64,000 nt of DNA from Octopus bimaculoides (lineage: Eukaryota), in the NCBI RefSeq assembly GCF_001194135.2, contig NC_068982.1, forward strand, positions 137,276,167 through 137,340,166. Direction: 5' to 3'. Below, piece by piece: positions 11,766 to 24,867 of this stretch; position 1 is the first letter of the stretch; every line of letters starts with the position of its first letter. The notes below the pieces were generated by a model. That model was given only the letters and a program-made list of their open reading frames with translations, was not told the origin of the DNA and ran no database searches. Position numbers and translations under genes: made by a program.

Positions 11766-12729
11766 AAAAAAGATAAAAGATGATGATCTTTTAATTACAC
11801 TGAGGCAGTTCTTTTTGTTATTGTTTTTTTCTACCATTTTTTTTTCCTGAGGTTTAGAAAGATTTTTTTGGTGGAGACAAGCATTATATGATGACATTCT
11901 AAACAGTACATCATTCATCGCAAACAACCTCTGCATAATTACTTAAACTGCTGAAAATAACAAAACTCTTTCAAATTGTGTCCTGCCATTTTGAATATGA
12001 CAGACTACACTGGAAAATGTAGTTCTAGAGACACAATTTCTCTTTTTTTTAATGTGTCAAATCTAAAGATTCATTATTTTTCTTGAAGGAAGATAGAGCA
12101 GTGTTTCCTTCTGCTGGTTATTTTCAGTTCCTTCTGCTTATCTCTCATTCTCCTGAGATTTTGTTTACAAGCCTATTTAACCCTTGGGCAGAAGAACTGG
12201 TTCACATGACATCAAGGTATATCCACACATCAGTGGGCCTGTGTGACACATGTCTAAGAGCTAGCCCTTATCCAAGTCCTGTATATCTCAGGCACACAAC
12301 CATGTTCTGTTATTTAACCCATATCCGGACCCTCTGACTGGTAATATCACCCCTGGCCAGAACAGACCATGTAGTATTGGTGACTAAAAGATGACTCCAT
12401 ACTCTCCAAAACTTCTGAACTCTACCAGATGGATGTTTCATGTTTTGCCCTTAGAAAGAAGACAGAATGTTAATGGTTGAAACACTTGTTTACAGTTTCT
12501 GTTCCATTCGGATTGATCTGAGGCAAAACAATGACTGTCTGATTATAGCTAGTCTACTTCTTAGCAACATGTCACAAACTTTTGTATTCAAAAAAGTTTA
12601 GGTTTTTCACTATTTCCATATGCCACTGGCCTACTACTGTTTGGTTTTATAACTTTAATGTTCTAAAAATCTTGGTAGACTTTGCCATAAATTTCGTATC
12701 AAATTAACAGAAGCAATAGTTAATTAGAT

Positions 12730-13470
12730 ACAGTATCAGACAGCCCTTGGTACACTCTAATAAGTTCTTTCACACAACACACTATTTTCTATAGTCTGTG
12801 TTTTTTTTTTGTTTTTTTGTTTTTTTTTTTATTTCTTCCTTCCATCTGTGTCTCTCCAAACATATGTTAGACAACATTGTGAGAGTACTGATCAATATTT
12901 CATTTGTTTCCAACAATTGTGGTAATCTACTGATTGCTCCTCTTAATTACTAATTAGAGGTATCCATTCGTCAAATTAGCTAACTCCTGGAATAACTTTC
13001 ATTCATCTGCTGTGGTATCATTAGAATGTTTTTCACAATGTATGAAGCCATTCCAAATGAAATGCAATGCTTTTGCATGGTGCTCAACATAATGTTGCTG
13101 TTTTGCCTTCTACATATTTATCAACGCTTATTTACTTCTTTATTCTCTTGTGGTTCATTAAAAAAAAACTATTTCTTACATAAGGATATCCTTCAATCCC
13201 ACAATGCAGTGCAGTACATTTCCAAGAGAAGAACTTACAGCAATTCTGCAATATTCTTACTTCATATTGTTCTTGGAAAAAACTGTTTCCTCTCTTTGCC
13301 TTCCTCTGTTTTCATTGTTAATTTATTTATTCTAATTCCAAAGATATTTAGAAAATGTCTGGCTTATTTGTTTCTAGCATGGCATACTCTTTTCAACAAT
13401 CTCATTCCCCACCTTACTGTGTTTTTATGTATGAAATCGATGTCCTGTTGTACTCCTTCATATTTTCCAT
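12730..13470 (-). mobile_element. Highly decayed CR1/L2-like LINE 3' fragment
   Basis: Minus strand reads GVQQDIDFIH..RWGMR..KRVCH (compare LQxDLDxL..WGMxFNxxKC), followed by a frameshifted KVIPG-like segment. Confidence 0.4.
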
Positions 13471-14836
13471 TCTGTTCCCTTAGTTTTTATCAAAAAATCT
13501 AATTTGTGGATGTGTATACACACATACGTATGGAAGAGAAATTATGACAAAAAGAGAAGTTATAATAAAACATAAGATGCAATTTATATCACTTGTTCCC
13601 TACACAAGTTTCACCATTGTGGTTATTTGCGACTGCTGTATTGGATGCTCTCGGTACAATTGGATGTTGAGCCATGGCAGCTCATCAGGGGAACACTCTA
13701 TTTTATTATGTTACACAAATCAAAATGCCTATATTCTACATGGAGCTTGAAATTCATCAGTAGCAGCAGTACATTTAAATGCACCCACAACATACTAATA
13801 TGCATACATACATTTATGTATGTAAATGTGTGTGTGTGTAAAGTGGGATGTAAGAAATATGCTATTCTAGCTGAAATGAATTTTATATTCTTTCTACAGT
13901 AATTCTTTCCAAACCATTCTACCATTGTACCACCTACACGTGAATATTTTCTTAGTGACCAAGTTTAAAGAAAATAAGACATACTTTTGAAAAGGATTTG
14001 AAAGAAGAATGTAAATTAGTAATCTTAAACAATGGCAATATCATGTAAAGAATTGTTGATTATTCCAACAGATCATTGCAATTTCTTTTTCTTTTTGTCC
14101 CCCCCCCTCTTACTTTAACAATTATCTTCTTCCATCTTTTCTCCATGTTAGGTTGTTAGGTGAATCTCTTTTCTCCTAGAATGACAAATGGAAAAGACAG
14201 TAATGTAGTTCTTCCACTCTCTATTATATATACATATGTTTGTGTCATATCACGTCTATATTACATTATAACAAATGATTTTATTTTTTTTATAGACAAC
14301 GAAGCAAAATGACTCTTTTTGAATCGCACAGTATTTTCATCATCACATGCATCAGTGTTTGTTTTTGTTTGTTTCTTTTTTTTTTCTTTTTCTTTGGAAG
14401 TTTTATAAGATATATTTATTCAATTAGCCTGCAAGCAAGATCGTGTGATAACTATAGTCATATTATTATAGTAGGCAGTCATGTCACGAACATCCCACTG
14501 TAAATATTGGTAACAGTTGAAATTACAAACCATAGGAAGAATTGTCAAGCTTTCTAATAGTAACTTTATTGATTTTTTTTTTCTTTTCTTTTTCCTTTTC
14601 TTTTAAGACTAGGAATCAAGATGAAGAACATACAGCTAATTTTATTTCTCCATAGTCAATAAACATCTGGCTAGCTACCCATAGATATTGAATGTAAAAA
14701 CCATTTTGTGTTTATCATCACTTAATTTGTAGTGTTAATTACTGTTAAAACAATGCAAATAATTTAGATATCAGTCATAATAGAATTTATTTAGTTAACA
14801 TTTGTTTTTTAGTTTTTCTCTTTTTATTTGTTGCAG

Positions 14837-14857
14837 GGCGTAAGTAATGAAGATATG
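14837..14857 (+). CDS. SH3GLB1: Candidate alternative microexon GVSNEDM (or a 3-nt GGC exon using the gtaagt donor at 14840)
   Basis: Long polypyrimidine tract ending ttgcag. Both donors (gtttgg at 14858, gtaagt at 14840) keep phase 0. Confidence 0.45.
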
Positions 14858-15104
14858 GTTTGGAATTTAGAGATTATTTTGGAAGATTACTTATTTGCCT
14901 CACATAAATTTGCCTTTCCTTTTATTTTTATTTCCTGCAATGTAAGTTATCTGCACAGAAAAATACTGCTTCAAGTAATGTTAACACATAAAAATGATAA
15001 ACACTGTAGAACTATAGTAAGCAAAGAAGAACCAGGATGCAAAAATATTCATATTGAAGGGTGTCATAAGAAAACTGATAAATCAAATAATATATATTTA
15101 TGAT

Positions 15105-15540
15105 GACAGCACCGCATGACTGGCATCCATGCTAGTGGAGTGCTGAGAGCACCATCTGAGTGGGATCGTTGCCAGGGCTGATGACTGGCCCCCGTGCAGG
15201 TGGCACGTAAAAGGCACCATTCGAGTGTGAGCGTTACTAGCGTCACCTTACTGGTACTTGTGCTGGTGGTATGTGAAAATTGACATTCGAGTGAGGGCGT
15301 TGCCAGTGCTGCTGGACTGGCTCCCATGCAGGTGGCACATAAAAACACCATTTGAACATGGCCGTTGCCAGTACCACCTGACTGACCCTCATGCTGGTGG
15401 CACGTAAAAGCACCCCCTACACTCTCGGAGTGGTTGGCATTAGGAAGGGCATCCAGCTGTAGAAACTTTGCCAGATCAGATTGGAGCCTGGTGCAGCCAT
15501 CTGGCTTGCCAGTCCCGAGTCAAACCGTCCAACCCATGAT
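15105..15540 (+). mobile_element. RTE-tailed non-autonomous element with 5 internal ~60-bp subunits
   Basis: Subunits gccagt..ctgg..ggtggcacgtaaaa followed by the tail cactacactctcggagtggttggcattaggaagggcatccagc. Confidence 0.85.
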
Positions 15541-16887
15541 GAACTATTGCTTCATCAGATGTTTTGGACCTTGCAAGGAAGTTTCACTGGGTCAATCAAT
15601 TGTTTATTGAATTTTTAAGTAAGAGAGGGTTTAGAAGGAAGGGCGTTATGCTTTTGGCTCTTGATTAATTGTATCTTATTCTACAAGATACATCTAACTA
15701 CAGCCTCTCACTAATTGATTTGTAGTCATATGAATGGATGAAGGAAGTGCTTATCTAGTATTGACTTGGTATCCAATAAGGAGAGAAGACATGTACAGTT
15801 TTGAAGGCATTTCACTATTTTATGCTGCTGTGATTTGTATGCATTCTATAAAGCACTGTTGTTGCAACAGTCTGCCTTCCATAATGAAAACTTAAAATGC
15901 ACAATCCTAAGAGCTCAAATTTGGAACTGAGTTGAATTAGATTGATGTTGAAATGTGAAGTATTTGTCCAGTGTAGATGGCAAACCACATGATTTTTATC
16001 AGATTTATGCTTTGTAAGATAGTTCATTCTTTCTTTCAAATCCACCTTGATGTAATTTATGTCTGTTAAAGGTTGTAAGGAAAGAGTTTAATTCAAGCTA
16101 GTTTTATTGTGTGTGTGTGTGTGTGTGTGTGGTTTTAAGTACAAGCTGCTGTAGTAATTATACTTGTTTAAAGAAATTGGTCTGTCTCCCGACTTTGGCT
16201 GCAGCTTGTCATGGTTTTGATAGTGTTTAAATGGTTGAGAGTATAAGACTATTCCCTGCACAGTGTTAGTTTATCAAAAGGTTATTCCTTCGCTGTCACC
16301 AGATGCTCATTGTTAGTTGAGTGGACTGAGCAACATGAAATATTATCAGGCAAACACTTAAAGTACCAGGCTATGTGCTTTCACGTAGTATAGTGCTATT
16401 AGTAGTAGTAGTTGTTGTTGTTGTTGTAATAGTGGTAGTATCAGTGGTCATGGTAATAGTAGCAGCAATAGTAGTCTGAGGAAGTGATGCAGATTTGAAT
16501 TACACATGAGCAGATGTTACAATATTGCATTGCTATCGTAGAAAAACTACTTAAGTTAAAACTGCAACAGTGATGATGCACTAATGATGACAATACTGTC
16601 AAAAAGAATACATGATGTACTTCTTTTTTATTTTTTTATTTTTATTTTTACCTTTAATACTGATGCAAACCTTTCAGGTGTTCAGTGAATTTTGAAAATA
16701 AGATTAAGAGAGCTCATATGAAAACATTTTCTGTTCTGTTCAACAGTTTGTTTTTTCCTCTATATTTAATATTTTAAAAAATGTCATTTCATGTTGACAT
16801 TTTATTTTGTCTGTTTCTATTTTTCTATTTTTAATGAATTTTATCAATATTTTGTGTATTTCATCTTATATCTAATTTCCTCCCTCC

Positions 16888-16922
<35 letters not shown>

Positions 16923-17040
16923 CTTTGTCTCTACTTTTCCTTCTTTTCTTGCTTTTTCTCTTTCTAATGATGTTTGCATTTACTTTTTAAAATTGTTAAA
17001 ATTATGATTTTTAGGTTATAAATCAGTTTCTGAATAATCT

Positions 17041-17082
<42 letters not shown>

Positions 17083-18048
17083 NNNNNNNNNNNNNNNNNN
17101 NNNNNNNNNNNNNNNNNNNNNNNNNNNNNNNNNNNNNNNNNNNNNNNNNNNNNNNNNNNNNNNNNNNNNNNNNNNNNNNNNNNNNNNNNNNNNNNNNNNN
17201 NNNNNNNNNNNNNNNNNNNNNNNNNNNNNNNNNNNNNNNNNNNNNNNNNNNNNNNNNNNNNNNNNNNNNNNNNNNNNNNNNNNNNNNNNNNNNNNNNNNN
17301 NNNNNNNNNNNNNNNNNNNNNNNNNNNNNNNNNNNNNNNNNNNNNNNNNNNNNNNNNNNNNNNNNNNNNNNNNNNNNNNNNNNNNNNNNNNNNNNNNNNN
17401 NNNNNNNNNNNNNNNNNNNNNNNNNNNNNNNNNNNNNNNNNNNNNNNNNNNNNNNNNNNNNNNNNNNNNNNNNNNNNNNNNNNNNNNNNNNNNNNNNNNN
17501 NNNNNNNNNNNNNNNNNNNNNNNNNNNNNNNNNNNNNNNNNNNNNNNNNNNNNNNNNNNNNNNNNNNNNNNNNNNNNNNNNNNNNNNNNNNTTTTTTTTT
17601 TTTTTTTCTGTACTTGCTTTTATATAAAACTTACATGAAAGAGATGCTAGCTTGCATGGACAGCCAATGATCTTGGTTAGTTTTTTTTGACAGAAATCAA
17701 CAACAATAACAGCAAAATGTTCAATCGAAAACTGAGGTGTTGCTCTCTGTCAGCTGGTGACTGATCATACAATTTATGTACACACACACTTTCAGAACTA
17801 GTATTTATTAGATAATCATCATTTATATATTTTCCTTTTAATATTTCTTTTATGTTAAATTATAGTATTACAGTTTGTAGAGAGTATTGTAACATATTTT
17901 GTCACCATCAATATTTTTTCCTTTCCATTTTTTTTCTTTTTTTTTTTTCTGTAAATAACCAGTCTGGAATTTATTTATCAAACTAATTACACAAGATTTG
18001 TTGCCATCAGTTTTCCGTTTCACGTACTTGAATATCACTATATTTTAG

Positions 18049-18090
18049 TCAACCGCACCCATTAAATTTAATCCAACCAGTAATGGAAAA
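18049..18090 (+). CDS. SH3GLB1: Candidate alternative 42-nt exon STAPIKFNPTSNGK
   Basis: Acceptor tattttag, donor AAA/gtatgt, open in phase 0, length a multiple of 3. Confidence 0.4.
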
Positions 18091-18140
18091 GTATGTGCAT
18101 ATATATGTATTACATAATATTATATATATATATATATTAT

Positions 18141-18357
18141 AAGCGGCGAGCTGGCAGAAACGTTAGCAATCCAGGCAAAATACTTAGTGGTATTTCGTCT
18201 GTCTTTACGTCCTGAGTTCAAACTCCACCAAGGTCAGCTTTGCCTTTCATCCTTTTGGGGTCGATAAATTAAGTACCAGTTGCATACTGGGATTGATCTA
18301 ATCAACTGGCCCCGTCCCCATAAATTTCAGGCCTTGTACCTAGAGTAGAAAAGATTA
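18141..18357 (+). mobile_element. CORE-like tRNA SINE, near full length
   Basis: tRNA-like head ggcgagctggcagaaacgttagc, B-box gagttcaaact, core tttgcctttcatccttttggggtcgataaattaagtacc, tail agattat. Confidence 0.75.
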
Positions 18358-18804
18358 TATTATGTATTATATAATATTGTTATATAATATTATGTATTAT
18401 AATATATATATATTATATTATATATATTATGATATTGTATATATATCATATAATATATTATGTTATATACATGTATGTATTAATGAACTGGTTACAAATT
18501 TTACAAAATAAAAACGTCTTATTCCTATTTTTGAAGATTTTGCTGATACCACTCTCTCATTAAAAATAATTTGGAGATGAAATGGAGTTGACTATCATCA
18601 AAATCTTTTTTTCATGTTGTGCCTCAAGAACAGTTCACTTAGCAGAGCCTATCCCCAACAATCGATATTTTACAATGATACATCAATGTTTTTGATACCA
18701 ACTTGCACAAGACTATCCTGGTTCTATGCTACGAACTTCCCTCATTTAAATTTCAATGTCACATTAATTTATGTTCCAAAAATCAGCTTAATTATTCTTT
18801 TATT

Positions 18805-19155
18805 CTTTTACTTGTTTCTGTCATTTTGACTGCAGCCAAATAAATCAACCCCAAGACTTTATTTTTTTTAAAGCCTAATATTTATTTTGTCGGTCTCTTT
18901 TGCTGAACCACTAAGTTACAGGGATGTAAACACACAAACATTGGTTATCAAGTGGTGATAGACAAACACACACACACACACACACACATACATGATGGGC
19001 CTCTTTCAGTTTCTGTCTACCAAATCCACATGCAAGGCTTTGGTTAGCCCAGGGCTACAGTGGAAGACACTCGCCCAAGGTGTCACTCAGTGGGACTGAA
19101 TCTAGAACCATGTGAATGGGAAGCAAGTTTTTTACCACACAGCCACGCCTGCCCC
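18805..19155 (-). mobile_element. SINE family A
   Basis: Tail, (CA)n, core and head. Confidence 0.85.
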
Positions 19156-19534
19156 TATTCTTCATTATTTTGAAGCATAGTAAAGAAAGTTTTAACTGGG
19201 TTAAACTTACCTGTCAGACTTGGTTCACCAAAAATGTGTCACTGTTCTAAGATTTTAAATGATAAAGGTTTTTGATATATCAGAAAATAAAGGGGAAGAC
19301 TCTGATTTCTTAGCTTTGTGGAGACCAACCATGTAATTGCCAGTCATTTTGTATCTAAGTTTAATTATTTCTGGTGAATAATGCAGTTTAAAAAAATAAG
19401 TATTTTGCTTAATGCTAGTTATGATCATTATACTCATTGCAAGTATCATTTGATTTGTTTTTTTACATATTCTTTTTTAAGTATCATTATCGTGAAATAG
19501 GTTTATGGAATTGTAAAAAGCATCATCCAAGTGT

Positions 19535-20265
19535 GGTCCATGCCAGTGCTGCCTGACTGGCTCCTTTGCTGGTGGTACGTAAAAAGCATCCACTGCACTC
19601 TCAGAGTGGTTGGCATTAGAAACATTGCCAGATCAGATTGGAGCCTGGTGTGGCCTCCTGGCTTGCCAGTCTCCAACCCATACCAGCATGGAAAACAGAC
19701 TTTAAACGATGATGATGATGTATCCTATTGTTGGAATGGTTACAATGTCATTAATGTAATATTCTTAGTTTCTAAATTTAGATATAAATAAAGATTTAAT
19801 TTTTTATTAAATACAAGAGTACCTCTGATGTGTCGGGTGATATGATATGCTTGAGAAGACCTGTTGAGTCAAGTAAAACCAATACTGTAGCTGTAGCCAA
19901 TGCCCCCTGACTGGCTCCAATATCACTACCACGTAAAAAGCACCATCCAAACATAGTTGATGCCAAGTCTGCTTGACTGGCTCCCATGCCGGTGGCACGT
20001 AAAAAGCGCAATCCAAACATGGCCGATGCCAGTACCCACTGTCTGGCCTCTGTGCCAGTGGCACGTAACAAGCACTATCCGAATGTGATCAATGCCAAGC
20101 CCACCTGACTGGCTCCTGTGTTGGTGGCACATAAAAAACACCCACTACACTCTTGGAGTGGTTGGCATTAGGAAAGGCATCCAGCTGTAGAAACATTGCC
20201 AGATCTGATTGGACCCTGGTGCAACTGCTGGCTTTCCAGAACTCAGTTAAACTGTCCAACCTACG
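19535..20265 (+). mobile_element. Two adjacent RTE-tailed elements; the second has about four ~62-bp subunits
   Basis: Repeated gccagt..ctggctcc..gtggcacgtaaaaagc and two tails. Confidence 0.8.
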
Positions 20266-20534
20266 CCAGTAGAGAAAACACTTATGTAAATGTTCCACTT
20301 TCTTCCTTACCAAAATAGTAATAATTATCATTAGTGGTGGCAACAAGATTGCATATATCAGTGTACATTTTGTAAAGAACTAGGTGTTAAGAAAGGCAAA
20401 TTGCCAATAGACACCATGCTAAAAATAGGAAGATGATGATTGAATAACTGCTAAATTGAGCTGTATTATCTGGGACATGGAACAATGGTGAAGCAGTAAT
20501 CATCATTTTTTTTTTTTTTTTTTTGCCTCAAAAT

Positions 20535-20960
20535 CGTGATGGCACCTGTACTAGTGGAGCACTAAGAGCACCGTCCGAGCGTGATCATTGCCAGAGCAGC
20601 TCTCTGGCTTCCATGCCAGTGGCACGTAAATAGCCCCATTTGAGCTTGATCGTTACCAGCGTCACCTTACTGGCACTTGTGCCGGTGGCATGTGAAAAAA
20701 TATTCAAGCAAGGTCATTGCCAGTACCGCTGGACTGGCTCCTGTGCAGGTGGCACGTAAAATACACCATTTTGAGCGTGGCTGTTGCCAGTACCGCCTGA
20801 CTGGCCCTCGTGCCGGTGGCACGTAAAAGTACCCACTACACTCTCGGAGTGGTTGGCGTTAGGAAGGGCATCCAGCTTTAGAAACTCTGCCAAATCAGAT
20901 TGGAGCCTGGTGTAGCCATCTGGTTTGACCAGTCCTCAGTCAAATCATCCAACCCATGCT
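20535..20960 (+). mobile_element. RTE-tailed element, 5 ordered subunits
   Basis: Colinear with the copies at 27728 and 48180. Confidence 0.9.
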
Positions 20961-21084
20961 AGATGTCATAGTTTATGAGTGGGTGGGTGGGTTTATGGTG
21001 AAACGTGCCATAATAGAGAAAGTGAAATGCATGTGTATGTATTTATTGCTGTGTGTGTGTGTTTTGAGGGAAGTATACTCTTTT

Positions 21085-21476
21085 TTTTTCTACTTGTTTC
21101 AGTCATTTGACTGTGGCCATGCTGGAGCACTGCCTTTAGTCAAGCAAATCGACCCCAAGACATTCTTTGTAAGCCTAGTACTTATTCTATTGGTCGCTTT
21201 TGCCGAACCGCTAAGTTACATGGACGTAAACACACCAGCATCGGTTGTCAAACGATGTTGGTGGGGGGCAAACACATACACACACACACACACACACACA
21301 TATACATATATACGACAGGCTTCTTTCAGTTTCCGTCTACCAGATCCACTCACAAGGCTTTGGTCGACCTGAGGCTATAGTAGAAGGCACTTGCCCAAGA
21401 TGCCACGCAGTGGGACTGAACCCGGAACCATGTGGTTCGTAAGCAAGCTACTTACCACACAGCGACGCCTGTACCT
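21085..21476 (-). mobile_element. SINE family A containing a 66-nt in-frame cryptic cassette (21103-21168)
   Basis: Full copy; tttcag acceptor and gtaagc donor on the + strand. Confidence 0.9.
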
Positions 21477-21734
21477 ATGTTGAATATTTTTACTAGTAGG
21501 AACAGCTGTGGTTATGTGAAAGATTAACTGTTACTCACAAATAAGCCAAGAAATGGAAGTACCATAGTGTTATATAAATTCCGTTAAAATGAACAGTGGA
21601 AATGAGCTGGAGAATTAAAATAGCAAGCCGTTGGTATAAAGGATCCAGTATTGTTGCATTGGTTGTCCAACAATGACCAGCCAACCTCCCACCAACTTTA
21701 TCCTCTCGCCTATATTTCATCCCTTAACACTTAA

Positions 21735-21920
21735 AAGGCACTGGTGCTGGTGCCATGTGAAAAGTACCCTGTACACTCTATAAAGTGGTTGGCATTAAAA
21801 AGTCCATCCAGCAGTAGAAACCAAGCCAAAATAGATTATGGAGCCTGGAGGGGCCCCTGGCCTTGGCAGATCCTGTGAAACCATGCAAGCATAGAGAACA
21901 GACTTAAATGATGATTTTGA
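21735..21920 (+). mobile_element. RTE-tail fragment
   Basis: gtggttggcattaaaaagtccatccagc..gacttaaatgatgat. Confidence 0.7.
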
Positions 21921-22244
21921 TGACAGTAAACAATTGCTGATATTTAATGGAGATGGAAATTTTGGAGGTGAAAGTGGTCTGTAACATGGAAAGATGACCT
22001 GGGTTTATGTCAGCTGATGGTATTCTAGGTGAAGGGACAGGTGTTTGAAGCAGCAACAGGTAAAAAAAATCTAGGCTAGCTAGGTATGAGAGGAGGTGAA
22101 GGAACTGTAGATTAAAAGGTTACATATTTTTAGGTTTTTATCAAATAACATTCTCTGAAATGTGCAGATAGATATCCTGTCTTTGAGATTAATTGACCTT
22201 GTGCTTAATCTGATGCTACAATTCTTAAACTGTGGCTAGAGATA

Positions 22245-22655
22245 GCTGTAGCTTGGTTGTGTAGTCGAGAAGGTTGCTTCCCAACTAGTTGGTTTCACAT
22301 TCACTCCCACTGAATGGCACCTTGTGCAAGTGTCTTCTACTACAGCTCCAGGCTGACCAAAGCCTTGTGGGTGGATTTGGTTGGCAGAAACCAAAAGAAG
22401 CTTGTTGTATATATATGTATGCATGAATGTGTGTCTGTTTGTCTTAACATTGTGGGACTGTTGTAAATGAATGTTCTTCATTTCTGATATTCTGTGAAAA
22501 TATGTCTGGCCATGAGAAAATGTTTGGCCATACAGGAGGGGCATCTGGCTGACATGAAGAACATCAGGCCATAGAAAATCTGCCTCAGTAAACTCTATCT
22601 GAACTACAAAAGCATGGAAAAGTGGATATTAGAACAATGAATATAATGATGATTT
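22245..22655 (+). mobile_element. SINE with family-A head/core and an RTE-like tail
   Basis: ggcaccttgtgcaagtgtcttctac..., TA/TG tract, then ..catcaggccatagaaaatctgcc..agcatggaaaagtggatattag..atgatg. Confidence 0.7.
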
Positions 22656-24867
22656 TTAATTGAAGCACAATTAACAGAAGGTTGTTTTGTTAAGTAAATC
22701 CATTTACCTTTCTTGATTATTTCTGTAATATGAAAGCCAGAATCTACGAAAGAATGGATGTTAAGCTCAAGATATTTAATCAATGGCAACAAAAATTTTC
22801 TTTTGTTTTAAGCAGTTTTCTTTTACCTTTTAAGTTCAAAATAGGCCAATTGGAAGACAAATCCACAACTTATGGTTGCTTTTATTCACTTTATACGAGT
22901 TTCCAGTCTTTAAATTTTGGTTACATTTAAAAGCCATCTTAATAATGAGCCTCGTTTCCTTTTTTTTTTTCTAGTATTTTAGGAAGAAGAAACTGTTGGT
23001 GACATTCAACAGAAATCTTATAAATTATGAATCTTGATTTTATTTTTTTAATTTTAGTAACCCCCTTTGAAAGACATTGAGCTAAATTAATACTTAAAAC
23101 ATTTTCTTTTCCATTGTTTTCATGTTTCCCTTTATTGTTTTATTAAATTATCGATCAGTCATCTAAAGAAAGTTCTATTATAAATTTTATATTAATAATC
23201 TTATTATTAGTAACTTTAACCAAAAAATTAGGTGTCCCATCAACTTATTAACATTTGGTTAATCAAAATTTCCCTTTTTATTTATCTACATTCAAATCAA
23301 GACCAAATGTGTCACAGTTAATTTTGTATTTGTCCCTATTATATTAATATAGAGTGAATAAATTATCACACCTCTAATTACATTTTATGTCGTTAAGAAC
23401 CCATTAAACAAGATCCAATATTGTATACAGCAAGATATCTGTTTTCATACTATTTTATATATACTGGTTATCTTACATTGCATACCATTCATAATTTGCA
23501 TTTAACCTTATGTAAACATTTTATCTCTTAACTTGTTAGATCAGTCTTCAACAAAATATATAATATATACTGATGTATAAGTTGCAGAGGTACATAAGTT
23601 GCACCCTCTTTGTGTTTATAGTATTTCAGCTTCAGCTTTTAACCCATATATAAGTAACATGATGCTTTTTACAACTTTGCTTGTTATTGTATTTAAATAA
23701 GAACTAAAAAATAAAAAAAATAATAACAATTAGCTGAAATAATCCCAATCATTGCCAATACAGTCTAGCAAAGTCTTGCAACTATAGACACTGTGGCAAT
23801 GTGTTTCTTTGCTACATGCCTGGAATTGTCAGATTAATTCATGCTTTTAAATTACCTTTACTTATTGACTGGCAATACATGCAGCATCTCATGAGCATTG
23901 CCTTATTACAGTCGGCCAATAGAAAGCTGTGCATATCTTTCATACAAGATCTCTTTTACATATGTTTGTTTACTGCACTGATATTCATATAGGCTGAGTA
24001 ATGACATGATCAACCTGCTTTATATATGCAATCAATTCCTGAGGGTGTGTATGTGTATATATCTTAGTGCATGCTGGGAAGTTCAAGCCCAGTACATGGT
24101 TTTATATATTCGCTTGTTGAGTAAATACCTGCAACTTATCTATGAGTATATATGGTATTGTTTCTTAGAGGTTTAATTTGCAAATTGTCCTAAATTCATC
24201 ATATCTATATGATCACCCCCTCTAGACACTGCCTGTACCTTTCACAGCTTTAATTTTTAGCCTGTATAGATATCTCCAGCTTCCATAAACTCTGTGGCAT
24301 CTGATTGTGTTGTGAACATGTCATGAAGAGCTTGACCCTGAACCTTGCTGCCAACAATAACTAAATTGATATCTTGTTTTTTTTTTTTTGCTTTAAATTC
24401 TGTTCCTTATTCTCTAACCCATCAAAGAGATCAATGTTGTGTTCCTTATCTGACAGTAATAACATTCTTTTTCAAGCTCACAGGTTACAAGACATTTTCT
24501 TTGTTTGAAAGCCTTTGCAACCCTAAGCCAACAATAGCAACCTCACCAAATATTCATATGATTGGCATTTGGTTTACTAGCAGATTTTTCTGAAGCAGTT
24601 AAAATGAGCAAATATTTCTAGCCAGCCCCTTACTCTTCTAACATAGAACAACTTAGGTTCATGATATACCAAACCTGATCTGAAAGCACCGACAGAGCTC
24701 ATATTGATAGTAGTTTGAATCATACTAAGGCTGAAAATTATTAAGTTTGAAATTTCATATATATAATCTTTGCTACTCCAAGCGATTGAACCTATTTAAA
24801 GTAAATTATATTAGTTAAAGAGGTCTTAGAAACGAAGTAAGTTATTTGTTGCTAGTGAAAATCTTAT

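Noticed and set aside
13026-13502. 158-aa plus-strand ORF
   Set aside because: No recognisable domain; antisense to a decayed LINE fragment.
14140-14660. Additional acceptor-like sites (exon starts 14152, 14180, 14296, 14608)
   Set aside because: They give 8-, 20- or 35-nt frameshifting exons, hit in-frame stops, or need a poor GC donor (TRNQDEEHT). Not supportable without RNA data.
20600-20830. Periodic TACGTG (HRE-like) motifs on the minus strand of the subunits
   Set aside because: A short motif inherent to a high-copy repeat; no evidence of regulatory use.
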